32,000 nucleotides of DNA from Acinetobacter wanghuae (GTDB taxonomy: Bacteria; Pseudomonadota; Gammaproteobacteria; Pseudomonadales; Moraxellaceae), in NCBI RefSeq assembly GCF_009557235.1, contig NZ_CP045650.1, positions 720,001 to 752,000 on the forward strand, read 5' to 3'. How positions within the stretch are numbered: position 1 is the stretch's first letter; each line of letters starts with the position of its first letter. Positions 1 to 10,000 of the stretch are shown here, piece after piece. The notes under the pieces were generated by a model. It had not been told where the DNA came from and did not search any database. It saw nothing but the letters and a program-made list of their open reading frames with translations. Made by a program: the position numbers and the translations under genes.

Positions 1-7
1 GGGGGCA

Positions 8-553
8 TTGATGTCAATTGCAAAGCAAGAAATTGTTAGCCTATATAACGAAGTAAAAGATAGTGTGAATCATGCAATCAATGATATTAGTTCAATATCT
101 TTATCAAGTGAGGAGGAGCAGAAACATATCTTACAAATCAAAGATAAATTAAGTGAAATTAGTCAAAGCTTCAATAAAGAGATTGATAGTCTAGAAAAGA
201 ACTCAGAATGGGAAAAATTTACTATTGCCTTTTTTGGGGAGACAAATGCTGGAAAAAGTACGATCATTGAGTCCTTGAGGATTATTTTTAAAGAAAAAGA
301 ACGCCAAAAACACATTGAAAATGGTCAAGCTTCATTAGATGAGTTGGAAAAAACGTTTTCTGAAAATTCGGGTGCTTTAATTGCAGACTTGAATACAAGT
401 CTGCAAAATTATACGAATGAAATACGAAATATTGAAAGACAAATTACCTTAATCAAAAAAGAAAGTAATTCTTCATTTAATAATAAGATATTTGCTGCAG
501 CTGGGATATTCTTGGGAATCATCCTAACACTGATCTATCAGGCAGTGATTTAG
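8..553 (+). CDS. LeoC-like P-loop fragment of a split bacterial dynamin-like GTPase, with a C-terminal membrane anchor
   Basis: The ORF has TTG at 8 and ATG at 11; GGGGG at 1-5 could be the Shine-Dalgarno (SD) site, and upstream context is cut by the window edge. It has a canonical G1/P-loop, FFGETNAGKST (nt 236-262), but no G3 or G4 motif. A helical E/K/Q-rich stretch follows, then a C-terminal hydrophobic helix IFAAAGIFLGIILTLIYQAVI. The ORF ends 10 nt before the next ORF. Confidence 0.6.
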   Translation: MMSIAKQEIVSLYNEVKDSVNHAINDISSISLSSEEEQKHILQIKDKLSEISQSFNKEIDSLEKNSEWEKFTIAFFGETNAGKSTIIESLRIIFKEKERQKHIENGQASLDELEKTFSENSGALIADLNTSLQNYTNEIRNIERQITLIKKESNSSFNNKIFAAAGIFLGIILTLIYQAVI

Positions 554-563
554 GAGAAATAAG

Positions 564-2534
564 ATGACAAATCTGAATAATGATAGATGGTTCTATTTAG
601 ATAAAAAACATGAAACTTTAGGTAATTTTAATTCACAACAATTATTAGAGTTATATCAAAGAAAAATTCTTACAAATCGCAGTTATGTTTGGAAAGAAGG
701 TTTTGAAGACTGGAAAAGATTTAAAGATGTACGCCCATCAATTCAGAATCAAGAATTAAAGATTATAGAACAACAGGTTCAAATTGAATCAGTAACTAAA
801 GAAAGTGATTTAAATAGTTCTAAATTAAGCAATTCTAAAATTGTGGAAAAGCAAGAATTAAATAATATCGATTATACAGCTCCATATCGCGTGAATTGGA
901 TATCTGAAAATCATAAACAGAATGTAACAAGTTTGACACAGCAAATCGCTGAAAGTTTAGCTTTACAAAAGAGGTTAGAAAGTTTTCGATTATCACCAAA
1001 TAAACCAGATGGGTTGATTATAGGTACTGGTGAAGCTGACTTTACCAAGGATAACGTTCCTTATGAGTTTACTTATCAAAATAAAACATTCCAGTTGATT
1101 GATGTTCCTGGTATTGAAGGAAATGAAGGACGGTATGAGCAGTTTGTAAAAGAAGCAGTAGAAAAAGCTCATTTAGTAATTTATGTAAACGGGACTAATA
1201 AGAAGCCTGAAGAACTTACTGCTCGTAAAATCAAAAGTTATCTGAATCAATATGCAAAAATATATGCAGTTTGTAATTTGCGTGGTAAAGCCGATAAATA
1301 TGATTCAGAAATAGATGAACTAGTTTCATTAAAACATAGCCATAAAGAAATGGATGATGTTTACAATCAGACTTTAATTGTATTAAATCAAGCTGTAGGA
1401 GCCGATTTGATAGACGGAGGTACGTGTGTTCAGGGCTTAATGGCATTCTCTTCATTAGCTTACGATCAGAGTGAAGAAGAAACTACAATTTCATCTAGTC
1501 GTAAAGATTTAATTGCAACACAAAAGTCATTTATGCGTGACTTTCCTTCATTAGAAAAAATGAAAGAATTTAGTCAAATAGATGAGTTAGAGCAAAAAAT
1601 AATTTCAAAATTTTCTACGTTTGAAGAGGATATTATTGAAAGTAATAAAAATAAAATCGTTAGAAAAATAGAACAAATTAAAGCTGTTATTCAAGAACAA
1701 CTAAACGATCATCTGAAATTGCAAACAAAGATTAAGAAGGAGCTTGACGTTGGTCGAGATTCAATTAATCGAGCTTTAAACGATTTTGAAAGTAAGTTAT
1801 CGAATAAATCTAATAATGCAGTGAGTTCGGCTTTTATTAATATTGCAGATGAAGGATGTTTGATAATTGAAAAATACTTTGGTAACCAAGAACAAATATC
1901 TTCAAATATTGAAGATATAGTAGATTATGCAACTCACAATCTTTTCAAAGAATTAGAGAAAATTAAGACAGAAGAAAGTCAGTATTTTCAAGATAATCTA
2001 CAAGAGATAATACAGAGAATTGGGCGAAGTATTGAACAAGTTCAAATTAATAGTGAATTGGAATATTCTCAAGATCAAGATTTATCAATAAAGTTTTCAA
2101 GTGCATCCACGTTTGATGTAAAAACCATAGGAAAAGGCTTAATTGAAATTGGTAGCATGGCGGCATTAGGTGCAAGTATTGGAACAGTATTCCCCGTAAT
2201 AGGAAATATAGTTGGTGGACTACTAGGTGGATTGCTTGGATTAATTAAAGCCGGCCTAGATTTCTTTCGTAGTGAAAAATCAAAAATTAATAAAGCACAA
2301 AGTAAATTTAGGGGAAATGTTGAAAATGAACAATCGGGATTTAAATCCAAGTTGCGAGATACACTGAGTGAAACGACAAGTTCCGTTAGAGATTATGTGG
2401 ATGTCAACATTATTAAAAAAATCTACATTGAATATGAAAAAATGTGTGATATTGAACGTATTTTGAATGAACAAATAAATAAACTATCGAATTTAAGTAA
2501 TCAAATTAAGGGGAAGGGTTATGGAACAATTTAA
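564..2534 (+). CDS. GYF_2-domain fusion to the P-loop-less remainder of a dynamin-like GTPase (LeoB-like)
   Basis: An SD site (AGGAG) precedes ATG 564. The N-terminus DRWFYLDKKHETLGNFNSQQLLELYQRKILTNRSYVWKEGFEDWKRFKDV looks like a GYF_2/DUF4339 module. The G3 motif DVPG is at nt 1101-1112, preceded by a switch-I-like GTGEADFTKD, but there is no GxxxxGK[ST]. A long helical stalk follows. A glycine-rich hydrophobic paddle GSMAALGASIGTVFPVIGNIVGGLLGGLLGLIKAGL sits near the C-terminus. Confidence 0.6.
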   Translation: MTNLNNDRWFYLDKKHETLGNFNSQQLLELYQRKILTNRSYVWKEGFEDWKRFKDVRPSIQNQELKIIEQQVQIESVTKESDLNSSKLSNSKIVEKQELNNIDYTAPYRVNWISENHKQNVTSLTQQIAESLALQKRLESFRLSPNKPDGLIIGTGEADFTKDNVPYEFTYQNKTFQLIDVPGIEGNEGRYEQFVKEAVEKAHLVIYVNGTNKKPEELTARKIKSYLNQYAKIYAVCNLRGKADKYDSEIDELVSLKHSHKEMDDVYNQTLIVLNQAVGADLIDGGTCVQGLMAFSSLAYDQSEEETTISSSRKDLIATQKSFMRDFPSLEKMKEFSQIDELEQKIISKFSTFEEDIIESNKNKIVRKIEQIKAVIQEQLNDHLKLQTKIKKELDVGRDSINRALNDFESKLSNKSNNAVSSAFINIADEGCLIIEKYFGNQEQISSNIEDIVDYATHNLFKELEKIKTEESQYFQDNLQEIIQRIGRSIEQVQINSELEYSQDQDLSIKFSSASTFDVKTIGKGLIEIGSMAALGASIGTVFPVIGNIVGGLLGGLLGLIKAGLDFFRSEKSKINKAQSKFRGNVENEQSGFKSKLRDTLSETTSSVRDYVDVNIIKKIYIEYEKMCDIERILNEQINKLSNLSNQIKGKGYGTI

Positions 2535-4266
2535 ACAATACAATATCCAAAAAGATGATGTGATCTATCAACTTAGCCAGTTAAAAAAATTAGTAGAGCA
2601 GCTAGAGGATGTTGGAATTGATTCAACTGATGTATTAAATAAAATTGAAAACTCTATATCTAGCGTAAGGGATGATACGCTTAGAATTGCATTGCTAGGT
2701 GCATTTTCTGATGGAAAAACGAGTGTAATTGCAGGTTGGCTGGGCCATGTGATGGATGACATGAAGATCGACAGTGATGAGTCTTCTAATGAGTTAGCAA
2801 TTTATAAACCAAATCATTTACCTGAAAAATGTGAAATTGTTGATACGCCAGGATTGTTTGGTGATAAGCAACAATTAGATGGGAACGGAAATCTAATTCA
2901 ATATAGTGATATCACACGAAAGTATATTTCCGAAGCTCATCTAATTTTTTATGTAGTTGATGCGGTGAATCCTCTAAAAGAGAGTCATAAAGATACTGTT
3001 AAATGGGTCTTGAGAGATCTAAATAAATTATCCTCCACTGTATTTGTGATCAATAAAATGGATGAGGTTGCAGATTTGAGAGATGAAGATGAATTTGCTC
3101 ATCATGCTGCTATCAAAAAAGATAATCTACTAGAAAAATTGAAACGTTTTGTTGATCTTACTGCTGCTGAATGTGAAGCAATAAATATTGTGTGTTTGGC
3201 ATCAAATCCAAATGGGCGAGGTTTAGATTTTTGGCTTGAAAAAAGAGATGTTTATGAAAAACGTTCAAGAATAGGTAATCTAAAAAAATTAACTAATCAG
3301 ATTCTTACTAATAATACTAAGAAAGATTTAATTAATAAGACAGGAATAGATGTTGTTAAGGATATATTAGTACAAAATTTAACAATGGCACAATCACAAT
3401 ATTCCTCTATCGATGCGTATATAAGTAATACATATCAAGAAATTCAAGTAATAACAAATGATTTAGCTAAGGCTAGAAGAGCTTTTATAGATGCCAAGTT
3501 TGATTTGGTCACAGACTTACAATTGAGTGAAAAAAGTTTATTGGGAGCTATTTATGTATTAACACCTGAAGATTTAAAAATCTTTGTTGATGGGGAAATT
3601 GGTTATTCAAATAATGATGTGGGCTATAAACTTAGACAGAATATTGAATTAGTTTGCCAAAAACATTTTAATTACGCTGCTGGTATTCTTCAGGATTTGA
3701 CTATTAAGGTTGAGCATCAGTTATATCAATCTGAACAATACGCAAACTCATTATCTAAAGCTGCTTTTAGCTCTTCTAGCTTTGCATTAAAGCAACTCGG
3801 TAAAATGCCTGTAAATACTATTAAAACAACTGTTTTTACTGCCCGGGATCTTCTCAGTAGTATGACTGGTTTATCTTTGAAATTTAAACCTTGGGGAGCA
3901 GTAAATTTAGCTACCAATATTGGAAAATGGGCTGGGCCAATTGGAATAGGTATTTCAATATTTTCACAAATTCATGAGCAATATCAAAAACAGAAAGTTG
4001 AACAAGAGTTCAATGAAGCTAAAAACCAAATTAACTCTCTAGTAATGGAACATTTTAAAACGGTATACGACTTGTTAAGTAATGATAAAGATGCAATTGC
4101 TAATTTTGCTCCTCAATTAGGTGTTTTTCAGCAACTTCTTGACCAACAAAAACAAGATCTTGAAGATTTACAGATACGTAAAGCCAAACTAATTAAGATC
4201 TCCGAAGATTTTAAGAAAATTGGTTCTAGTCAACTAATCTCAGCTCAGTTTGAAAAAGCAGTATGA
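2521..4266 (+). CDS. Bacterial dynamin-like protein (LeoA/BDLP-like large GTPase)
   Basis: It carries a complete GTPase motif set: G1 GAFSDGKT (nt 2698-2721), G3 DTPG (2842-2853) and G4 NKMD (3052-3063). A long helical stalk follows. A hydrophobic paddle-like segment WGAVNLATNIGKWAGPIGIGISIF is present. An SD site (GGGGAAGGG) precedes the ATG, and the ORF overlaps the upstream ORF by 14 nt. Confidence 0.78.
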   Translation: MEQFKQYNIQKDDVIYQLSQLKKLVEQLEDVGIDSTDVLNKIENSISSVRDDTLRIALLGAFSDGKTSVIAGWLGHVMDDMKIDSDESSNELAIYKPNHLPEKCEIVDTPGLFGDKQQLDGNGNLIQYSDITRKYISEAHLIFYVVDAVNPLKESHKDTVKWVLRDLNKLSSTVFVINKMDEVADLRDEDEFAHHAAIKKDNLLEKLKRFVDLTAAECEAINIVCLASNPNGRGLDFWLEKRDVYEKRSRIGNLKKLTNQILTNNTKKDLINKTGIDVVKDILVQNLTMAQSQYSSIDAYISNTYQEIQVITNDLAKARRAFIDAKFDLVTDLQLSEKSLLGAIYVLTPEDLKIFVDGEIGYSNNDVGYKLRQNIELVCQKHFNYAAGILQDLTIKVEHQLYQSEQYANSLSKAAFSSSSFALKQLGKMPVNTIKTTVFTARDLLSSMTGLSLKFKPWGAVNLATNIGKWAGPIGIGISIFSQIHEQYQKQKVEQEFNEAKNQINSLVMEHFKTVYDLLSNDKDAIANFAPQLGVFQQLLDQQKQDLEDLQIRKAKLIKISEDFKKIGSSQLISAQFEKAV

Positions 4267-4273
4267 GGTTGTG

Positions 4274-5743
4274 ATGTTATCAAACAAACTTTTTAAGCAG
4301 AATTTTTTTACGCTTTATTTCTCAGCTAAGGGGCGAATTAGCCGTAGTCTTTTTTGGAAGTCATTCTTTACAGGCTGTTGTGGAGTTATTGGTTTATTTT
4401 TTGTTTTGATAATACTGCAAGGGTTGGGAGTAATTAACGATGCTAGCCTTGGATTTTTAGGGTTAGGCTTATACATACTCGCATATTATGGATTATTTAT
4501 CTTAACCATTAAGCGATTACATGATTTTAATTTTTCAGGATGGTGGTCAATACCAGCATTAATTCTAATTGTTCCTTTAATTGCTATTGGTTTGACTAGA
4601 GAAAAGAAAGGTGAAAATAAATATGGTTATAATGCAATCGAATATGAAAATTCCAGATTGTCGATAAATAAGTCGAATGGCTTACCACCGCCACCACCAC
4701 CATTAGATAATCCTATAAGTAAAATTATTTTATCTTTAATCATGATATTACCTATTCCAAGCTTGGTCATAGCAGGTTTAACTAATACTTCTCAGATATC
4801 TACAAAAGAAGTGAATACAACAGAAAACGATTTACCATTTATATTAGAGCCGGGTGACATATATCAAAAAGTCGAAGCTACAGATGATGTAGAGGCTTAT
4901 TATATTGTGACTAAAGCGAATGGTATAATTGAGCATTATAGTTTAGATGGTGTATTACAGTGGTCTAATGCTGAAAGTGAAATAGACTTAGAGGAAGAAA
5001 AAATAAGTTTTGTTAAAAAACTCTATATAAAAGAAATTTCAGAGAATTCATATCATGTCATAGAGGAGAATTCCTCTTTAGAGTTACGTGAACTGTTCAA
5101 TCAGCGTGATGCTATCTCCGATAGAAATCAAGGAGAAATGTGTGATTGGGTTGGTCGTGTTTTAGTTCCTGGGAATGGAGATATAACTTTAAATATTAAT
5201 GATATTCATATTTCCTTATTAAGTAACGGTCTCGTTCGTGCCCTTTTTAAAGCTGATGATGAAAATATTATCAGAGATTTTGATATCCAATGTATTAACG
5301 GACAATGTAAAATTCATGATATTTATTACCCTAATAGCTATAAACAAGAGTTAAAGGAGATCGCAGAGAAAAATATCTGTACATCTTTGGACACTAATAA
5401 TGAAGCAAATAAAATAGTTACGGGTTCTGGATTAGGATATGAGTCAATTGTAGAAGGTTCAGGTAGGATGCCTACAGAGGATTCTATTGTAGTTGTACAT
5501 TACGAGGGTAAATTGATTGATGGCACAGTGTTTGATAGCTCATATCAACGTGGTCAATATATAGAATTCCCTCTTAATCAAGTTATTCCAGGGTGGACAG
5601 AAGGTCTTCAGTTAATGAAAGAAGGGGGTAAAGCTACTTTATATATTCCATCTCATTTAGCATATGGTAAACAAGGAGTACCAGGTACGATCCCACCAAA
5701 TAGCGAATTAACTTTCGAAGTAGAACTGATTGAAGTTAAATAA
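4274..5743 (+). CDS. Membrane protein fusing a DUF805-type N-terminal domain, a poly-Pro linker, an unknown domain and a C-terminal FKBP-type peptidyl-prolyl isomerase domain
   Basis: I prefer ATG 4274 (GAGG at 4265-4268, 5 nt spacing) over the ORF track's TTG at 4250. The N-terminus GRISRSLFW...IKRLHDFNFSGWW...GENKYG with about 4 TM helices is typical of DUF805. A PPPPPP linker and one more hydrophobic helix follow. The C-terminus GLGYESIVEGSG...VVVHYEGKLIDGTVFDSSYQRG...VIPGWTEGLQLMKEGGKATLYIPSHLAYG...IPPNSELTFEVELIEV is a textbook FKBP_C domain. Confidence 0.78.
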   Translation: MLSNKLFKQNFFTLYFSAKGRISRSLFWKSFFTGCCGVIGLFFVLIILQGLGVINDASLGFLGLGLYILAYYGLFILTIKRLHDFNFSGWWSIPALILIVPLIAIGLTREKKGENKYGYNAIEYENSRLSINKSNGLPPPPPPLDNPISKIILSLIMILPIPSLVIAGLTNTSQISTKEVNTTENDLPFILEPGDIYQKVEATDDVEAYYIVTKANGIIEHYSLDGVLQWSNAESEIDLEEEKISFVKKLYIKEISENSYHVIEENSSLELRELFNQRDAISDRNQGEMCDWVGRVLVPGNGDITLNINDIHISLLSNGLVRALFKADDENIIRDFDIQCINGQCKIHDIYYPNSYKQELKEIAEKNICTSLDTNNEANKIVTGSGLGYESIVEGSGRMPTEDSIVVVHYEGKLIDGTVFDSSYQRGQYIEFPLNQVIPGWTEGLQLMKEGGKATLYIPSHLAYGKQGVPGTIPPNSELTFEVELIEVK

Positions 5744-5815
5744 TACTTAAAGTTTATAATTAAATTGAACTTTAGATAATTATAGATTTTTTTATTTAGT
5801 AAAGTATTAAAGGGA

Positions 5816-5858
5816 ATATTATGGAATATTAATACTCCCTTTAATTTTAAAAATTTCG
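5816..5858 (+). terminator. Hairpin between convergent genes; candidate intrinsic terminator
   Basis: ATTAAAGGGA (5816-5825) pairs with TCCCTTTAAT (5846-5855). Internal AATATT/AATATT pairing is possible, and a short T run follows. The loop is long and the T tract weak. Confidence 0.35.
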
Positions 5859-6011
5859 AACGGTCTGCTATATCTTAAATCCTTCTAAACAGTATCCAGA
5901 AACTAATTGGATAATTCAGATTCAGCACTTTTTATTGAGTTTATTTTGCAGATGATTCTAGATGCAATTTTCAGTTGAGATGCTAGCCATCAAGCTAAGG
6001 TACAAGCTTTA

Positions 6012-6743
6012 CTAAATAGCTAATACAACCTGATACGGTTTAAACCCTGCTAATACAGCTTCGGAAACCAATTGAATAAAAGCATCAGTTTTGCCATAAG
6101 CCATCCATTGATCTAAAGCTTCATAGTAGGCCAAGCGATTTTCAACAGTGATAACACATGGTGGATAACCCGCTTTAAGTAATTCGAGATTCATTAATAG
6201 ACGTGATGTACGTCCATTGCCATCAATGAATGGATGGATACCTACAAAATCCGCATGTACTTTAGCAGCACGTTCTATAGGATGAAGCTTATGTGCTTCC
6301 GTGTTATACCAATTGATTAACTGGGCCATCTTGTCATTTAGCAGCGTATAGTCTGGTGGCGTAGTTGTAGCACCTGAAATTAAAACATTTTGTTGACGAT
6401 AGCGACCTGCATTTTCATCATCAATATTTTTTAGAATGAGTTGGTGAATATTTCGAATCTGCCATTCAGAGAAAGGTTCTTCTTTTCGAATAATATCTTC
6501 AACATAGTAGATAGCATTTCTATGGTTGACCGCCTCAAAATGTTCTCGTAATGCTTTGCCACCGACAGTGATACCTTCTAGGACAACTTTTGTTTCAAGT
6601 AAGGTAAGTGTATTGCCTTCGATCGCATTTGAGTGATATGTCCAACGTAGAATAAGGTCTTCTTGTAGATTTTTTACAATTGCAGGTGAAAGAGGGCGAT
6701 GCTGATCTAACTTTGTTTTCAAATCATCAATACTTTCAAACAT
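6012..6743 (-). CDS. Fic-domain protein (AMPylase family), class II with an N-terminal auto-inhibitory motif
   Basis: The Fic catalytic motif HPFIDGNGRTSR is encoded at 6201-6236 (minus strand). The inhibitory-helix motif (S/T)xxxE(G/N), here SNAIEG, is at 6615-6632 and lies N-terminal to the catalytic motif. Confidence 0.9.
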   Translation of the reverse strand: MFESIDDLKTKLDQHRPLSPAIVKNLQEDLILRWTYHSNAIEGNTLTLLETKVVLEGITVGGKALREHFEAVNHRNAIYYVEDIIRKEEPFSEWQIRNIHQLILKNIDDENAGRYRQQNVLISGATTTPPDYTLLNDKMAQLINWYNTEAHKLHPIERAAKVHADFVGIHPFIDGNGRTSRLLMNLELLKAGYPPCVITVENRLAYYEALDQWMAYGKTDAFIQLVSEAVLAGFKPYQVVLAI

Positions 6744-7092
6744 GATCTTATCCCTGAATGTGTTTTAATGAATGATACATGAAAAAGAAATATCAAAAAA
6801 TGTAATGATATAGCATCACATTATATTCTTGGGGGGAATGGTAAAATGAGTACAAAAGTTCTGATAATAAATAAGTAGCAGTTTTTAGATTCATGAATAT
6901 ACGAGCATATTCAAAGTTTTATTTGTGGCTTAAATCTACTGCGTATTGTGGGGCAAATTCTAGATCGTCTTTATAGAAGTACTGACATCTTTTGATCCTA
7001 TGATCATGCTTCAATGTAAACACGGCATATCAGTATTTTAAATTCCAATAACTTAAAAAAATTAGTATCTTATAGGAAAAATTACTTGTCTA

Positions 7093-10000
7093 ATGATACA
7101 TAAATCAGTTGTGAGTACTATGCTAAATAACGAAAATCAAACTCCAAAAAACAATGGCTTATTAACGATCTATCTATATGACTCTTATTTAAAAGGTTCA
7201 TTAACCAAGCTAGAAGTTTTTGGGGGGCATACCAATCTCACAGGACAAAATGGCGCAGGGAAAACCTCAGCACTCAATCTTATACCTGTATTTTATGGTG
7301 CTAGACCAGATCGGATGATGGATCGATCTGCCAATAAACTCAATTTTACTGATTATTATTTGCCACATGATCGTAGTTTGTTGATTTATGAGTATGCAAC
7401 ACCGCTGGGCATCAATTGTGCCGTGTTCTATCGCCATCCTACCCAAGAGCGACTCTGTACTCGATTTATCCAAGGCGCAGCAGAAAAGACTTTATTAACT
7501 CAAGAAAACCTTCAATTCCATGCGGAAAATAATAGTGCTAAGGAGCTATTTTCCCACTTGTATAAACAAGGGGTGAATGTCAGTCTGCAAATAGAACACA
7601 CCAAGGATTACAAAGCTGTTATTACCAATGAACGGTTTAGATTAAAAGCAAATCCGAAATTGCGAGAGTTGGCAGTACTCTTTTCCTTAGCTGGGCAAAA
7701 ATTGGAAATTAAACATGTCGGTGATTTAACGCAGATTACCTCAAATAAATTGAATCTCTTAGACAGCTTTAAACAGATGCTAATTGATCTATATTTAGAT
7801 AGTGAAAGATCTGTGACCAAATTTAAAATCAGTCATGATTTTGCTGAAGTGACGAATGAGCTGCGTGTTTTATATCGATTACAAAAAGAAAAGCCAAAGA
7901 TTCAAGCAGGGATTGAGCGTAGAACGGTACTTCTCAATACCTATGAAGAGTTGTCAGCATATCAATCACATGTGCAAACATGGAAAATAAACAATGAAGA
8001 TCAAATTCATCTTTTTGAAACAAACTTAGCTGACCTAAAGCAAAAGTTACAGCGTGATGTAGCTGAACTCAATCAGAAAATTGCTGTAAATAGTACTGAG
8101 CTTGCATCTATCGAAGGAAAATTAACGGCATCACAGGCACATTTAAAGCGGATTGTAGATACTGAAACATTTTATAAGCAAAATAATATTTTAAAAAAAC
8201 AACAGGAGTTTCATCATTTAGCGACTCATGAACAGAACATGCTGGATGCTAAAAACTATTTAAGTGAGCTCGAACAAAATTATCAGGATGTCAAAAATAA
8301 ATTCAGCCAATTAGAGCTGGAGATACTGAAGCAAAAAGACCGTGATGTTGGTCGTAACACAGAAACTTTAGAACAGCTCGCAAATGAAAAAGAACAGCTC
8401 AGCATCAAGCAAAAACAACGAATGGATGAGCTTTTACAAGCCAAACATGCTGAAGAGTTGGATTTTAATCAAAGTCACGAAAAACAACGTTCGGAGTTTG
8501 AGGCTAAAATTACCCGCTGTACAACTCGCATTGAAACTGTCATGCGTATGGAGGCAAATGAAGAACAAGAGGACAGTGCTTATCGCGTTGATATTGATTT
8601 AAAGAACATCAAAATTCAGAACAAAGACAAAGAAATTAAACAGTACTATCAAAATCAATCTGTTTTACGCGATGAGTATGAACATCTTCGCGAAGAACTG
8701 CGTTTAGAAAAACAGAGGTTGCAGCAACTCGAGGCTGAAAAAAAGTCCTTGATCGAATTGATTGAGTCGAATGACACTATTTTACATTTTTTAAATCAAA
8801 ACCCAGATGTAAATTGGCGTGAACATATTGCAAAAGTCATTCACCCTAAATTACTCGCACGTAAGGATTTAAGTCCGTATTGGGATTTAGAATTAGATGG
8901 CTTTGGTAGCTTCTATGGCCTCAACTTAGATCTTGATCAGTTATCTCTTCCGCAGGAAGCAGATTCTTTAGATATCCAAACAGCACGACTTGCTGAAGTA
9001 TCGCTAAATATAGATGAACTGCATAAAACAGTGCAAAGCTTGGAGATCGCATTTAATAAACTGCATAAAAAGCGTCATGATGCGGAATTGCATACCATCC
9101 AGTTCAATACTGAACTCAATGCTTTAAAATCAGAGCTTGAAAGTCTACATATTGAATATCAATCTTTTAAAGATCGTCTGCAATTGGCCATTCAGGAACG
9201 CAAACAGGTTGCAGAAGATTTTCTCAGAACAACGCAAAGACAATACGATGAATTCAAACGGACTGTTGAGCAAGAGCGCCAGGCAATTAATGTGAGGTTT
9301 TTGCAAGAACGACAACGGATTGAAGATGCCATTCAAGATGAAAAAAATATTTTAACTGAACAGCAAATCGCCTTAAAACAGCAAAATCTTAATATTCAAG
9401 AAGATTGCCAGCGTAAGCTGGAAGACTTGAGTGTCATGTATGAAAGTGAGCTGCAACAACGTGGTTTTGATGTGCAAGTACAACGCAATGCGAAGCAAAG
9501 ATTTGAACAGCTGCGGGATGAATATGAACGTATTAAAAACTATCGCGATGAATTACAGAAATATGCACAGTGGTTAGAAAATGAATATCGATTAAAAGAC
9601 TATTTGTCAGAGCAAATCAGCGCTTATGAAAAAGAGCTGTATCGAGTTAATTTACAAAAACAAAAATTAAAAGATAAATTAGAGTCTGTGAATCAATTGG
9701 CTCAACATGATAGTCAGAAGATCAGTGCAACCATTCGGAGCGTTGAAGCCGAAAATAAAAAACTGACGGCACTTGCTTCCATGCTCGATCAATTATTTGG
9801 CGATGTAGAGGCCATTGAGATCAATACAACTGTTGATGTTGCCAAACCAGTTAACTTTGAGATGCTGTGTCGTTATACCGAGGATTTAATCTCACGTCGA
9901 GCACAACAATACAAAGAACTCAAACAGTCGGTATATGTGATCATGTCGATCATTCGCCAAGATACGGATCTTGAATTGTATAAATTATGGAAGAGCCGTA

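Noticed and set aside
1231-4000. Short minus-strand ORFs inside the dynamin genes (1231-1455, 2075-2350, 2280-2474, 2568-2762, 3726-3917)
   Set aside because: All are antisense to long plus-strand ORFs that carry clear GTPase motifs. They are 63-91 aa with low-complexity or odd composition, and no SD sites were noticed.
4250-4273. TTG start at 4250 for the DUF805-FKBP gene (ORF-track start)
   Set aside because: ATG 4274 has a well-spaced GAGG and yields the typical DUF805 N-terminus. The TTG extension would overlap the upstream gene and adds MKKQYEVV without any support.
6799-6822. Imperfect palindrome AATGTAATGATA/TAGCATCACATT upstream of the Fic gene
   Set aside because: Only 10 of 12 positions pair, and the region is AT-rich. 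It may be an operator, but the evidence is too weak to annotate.
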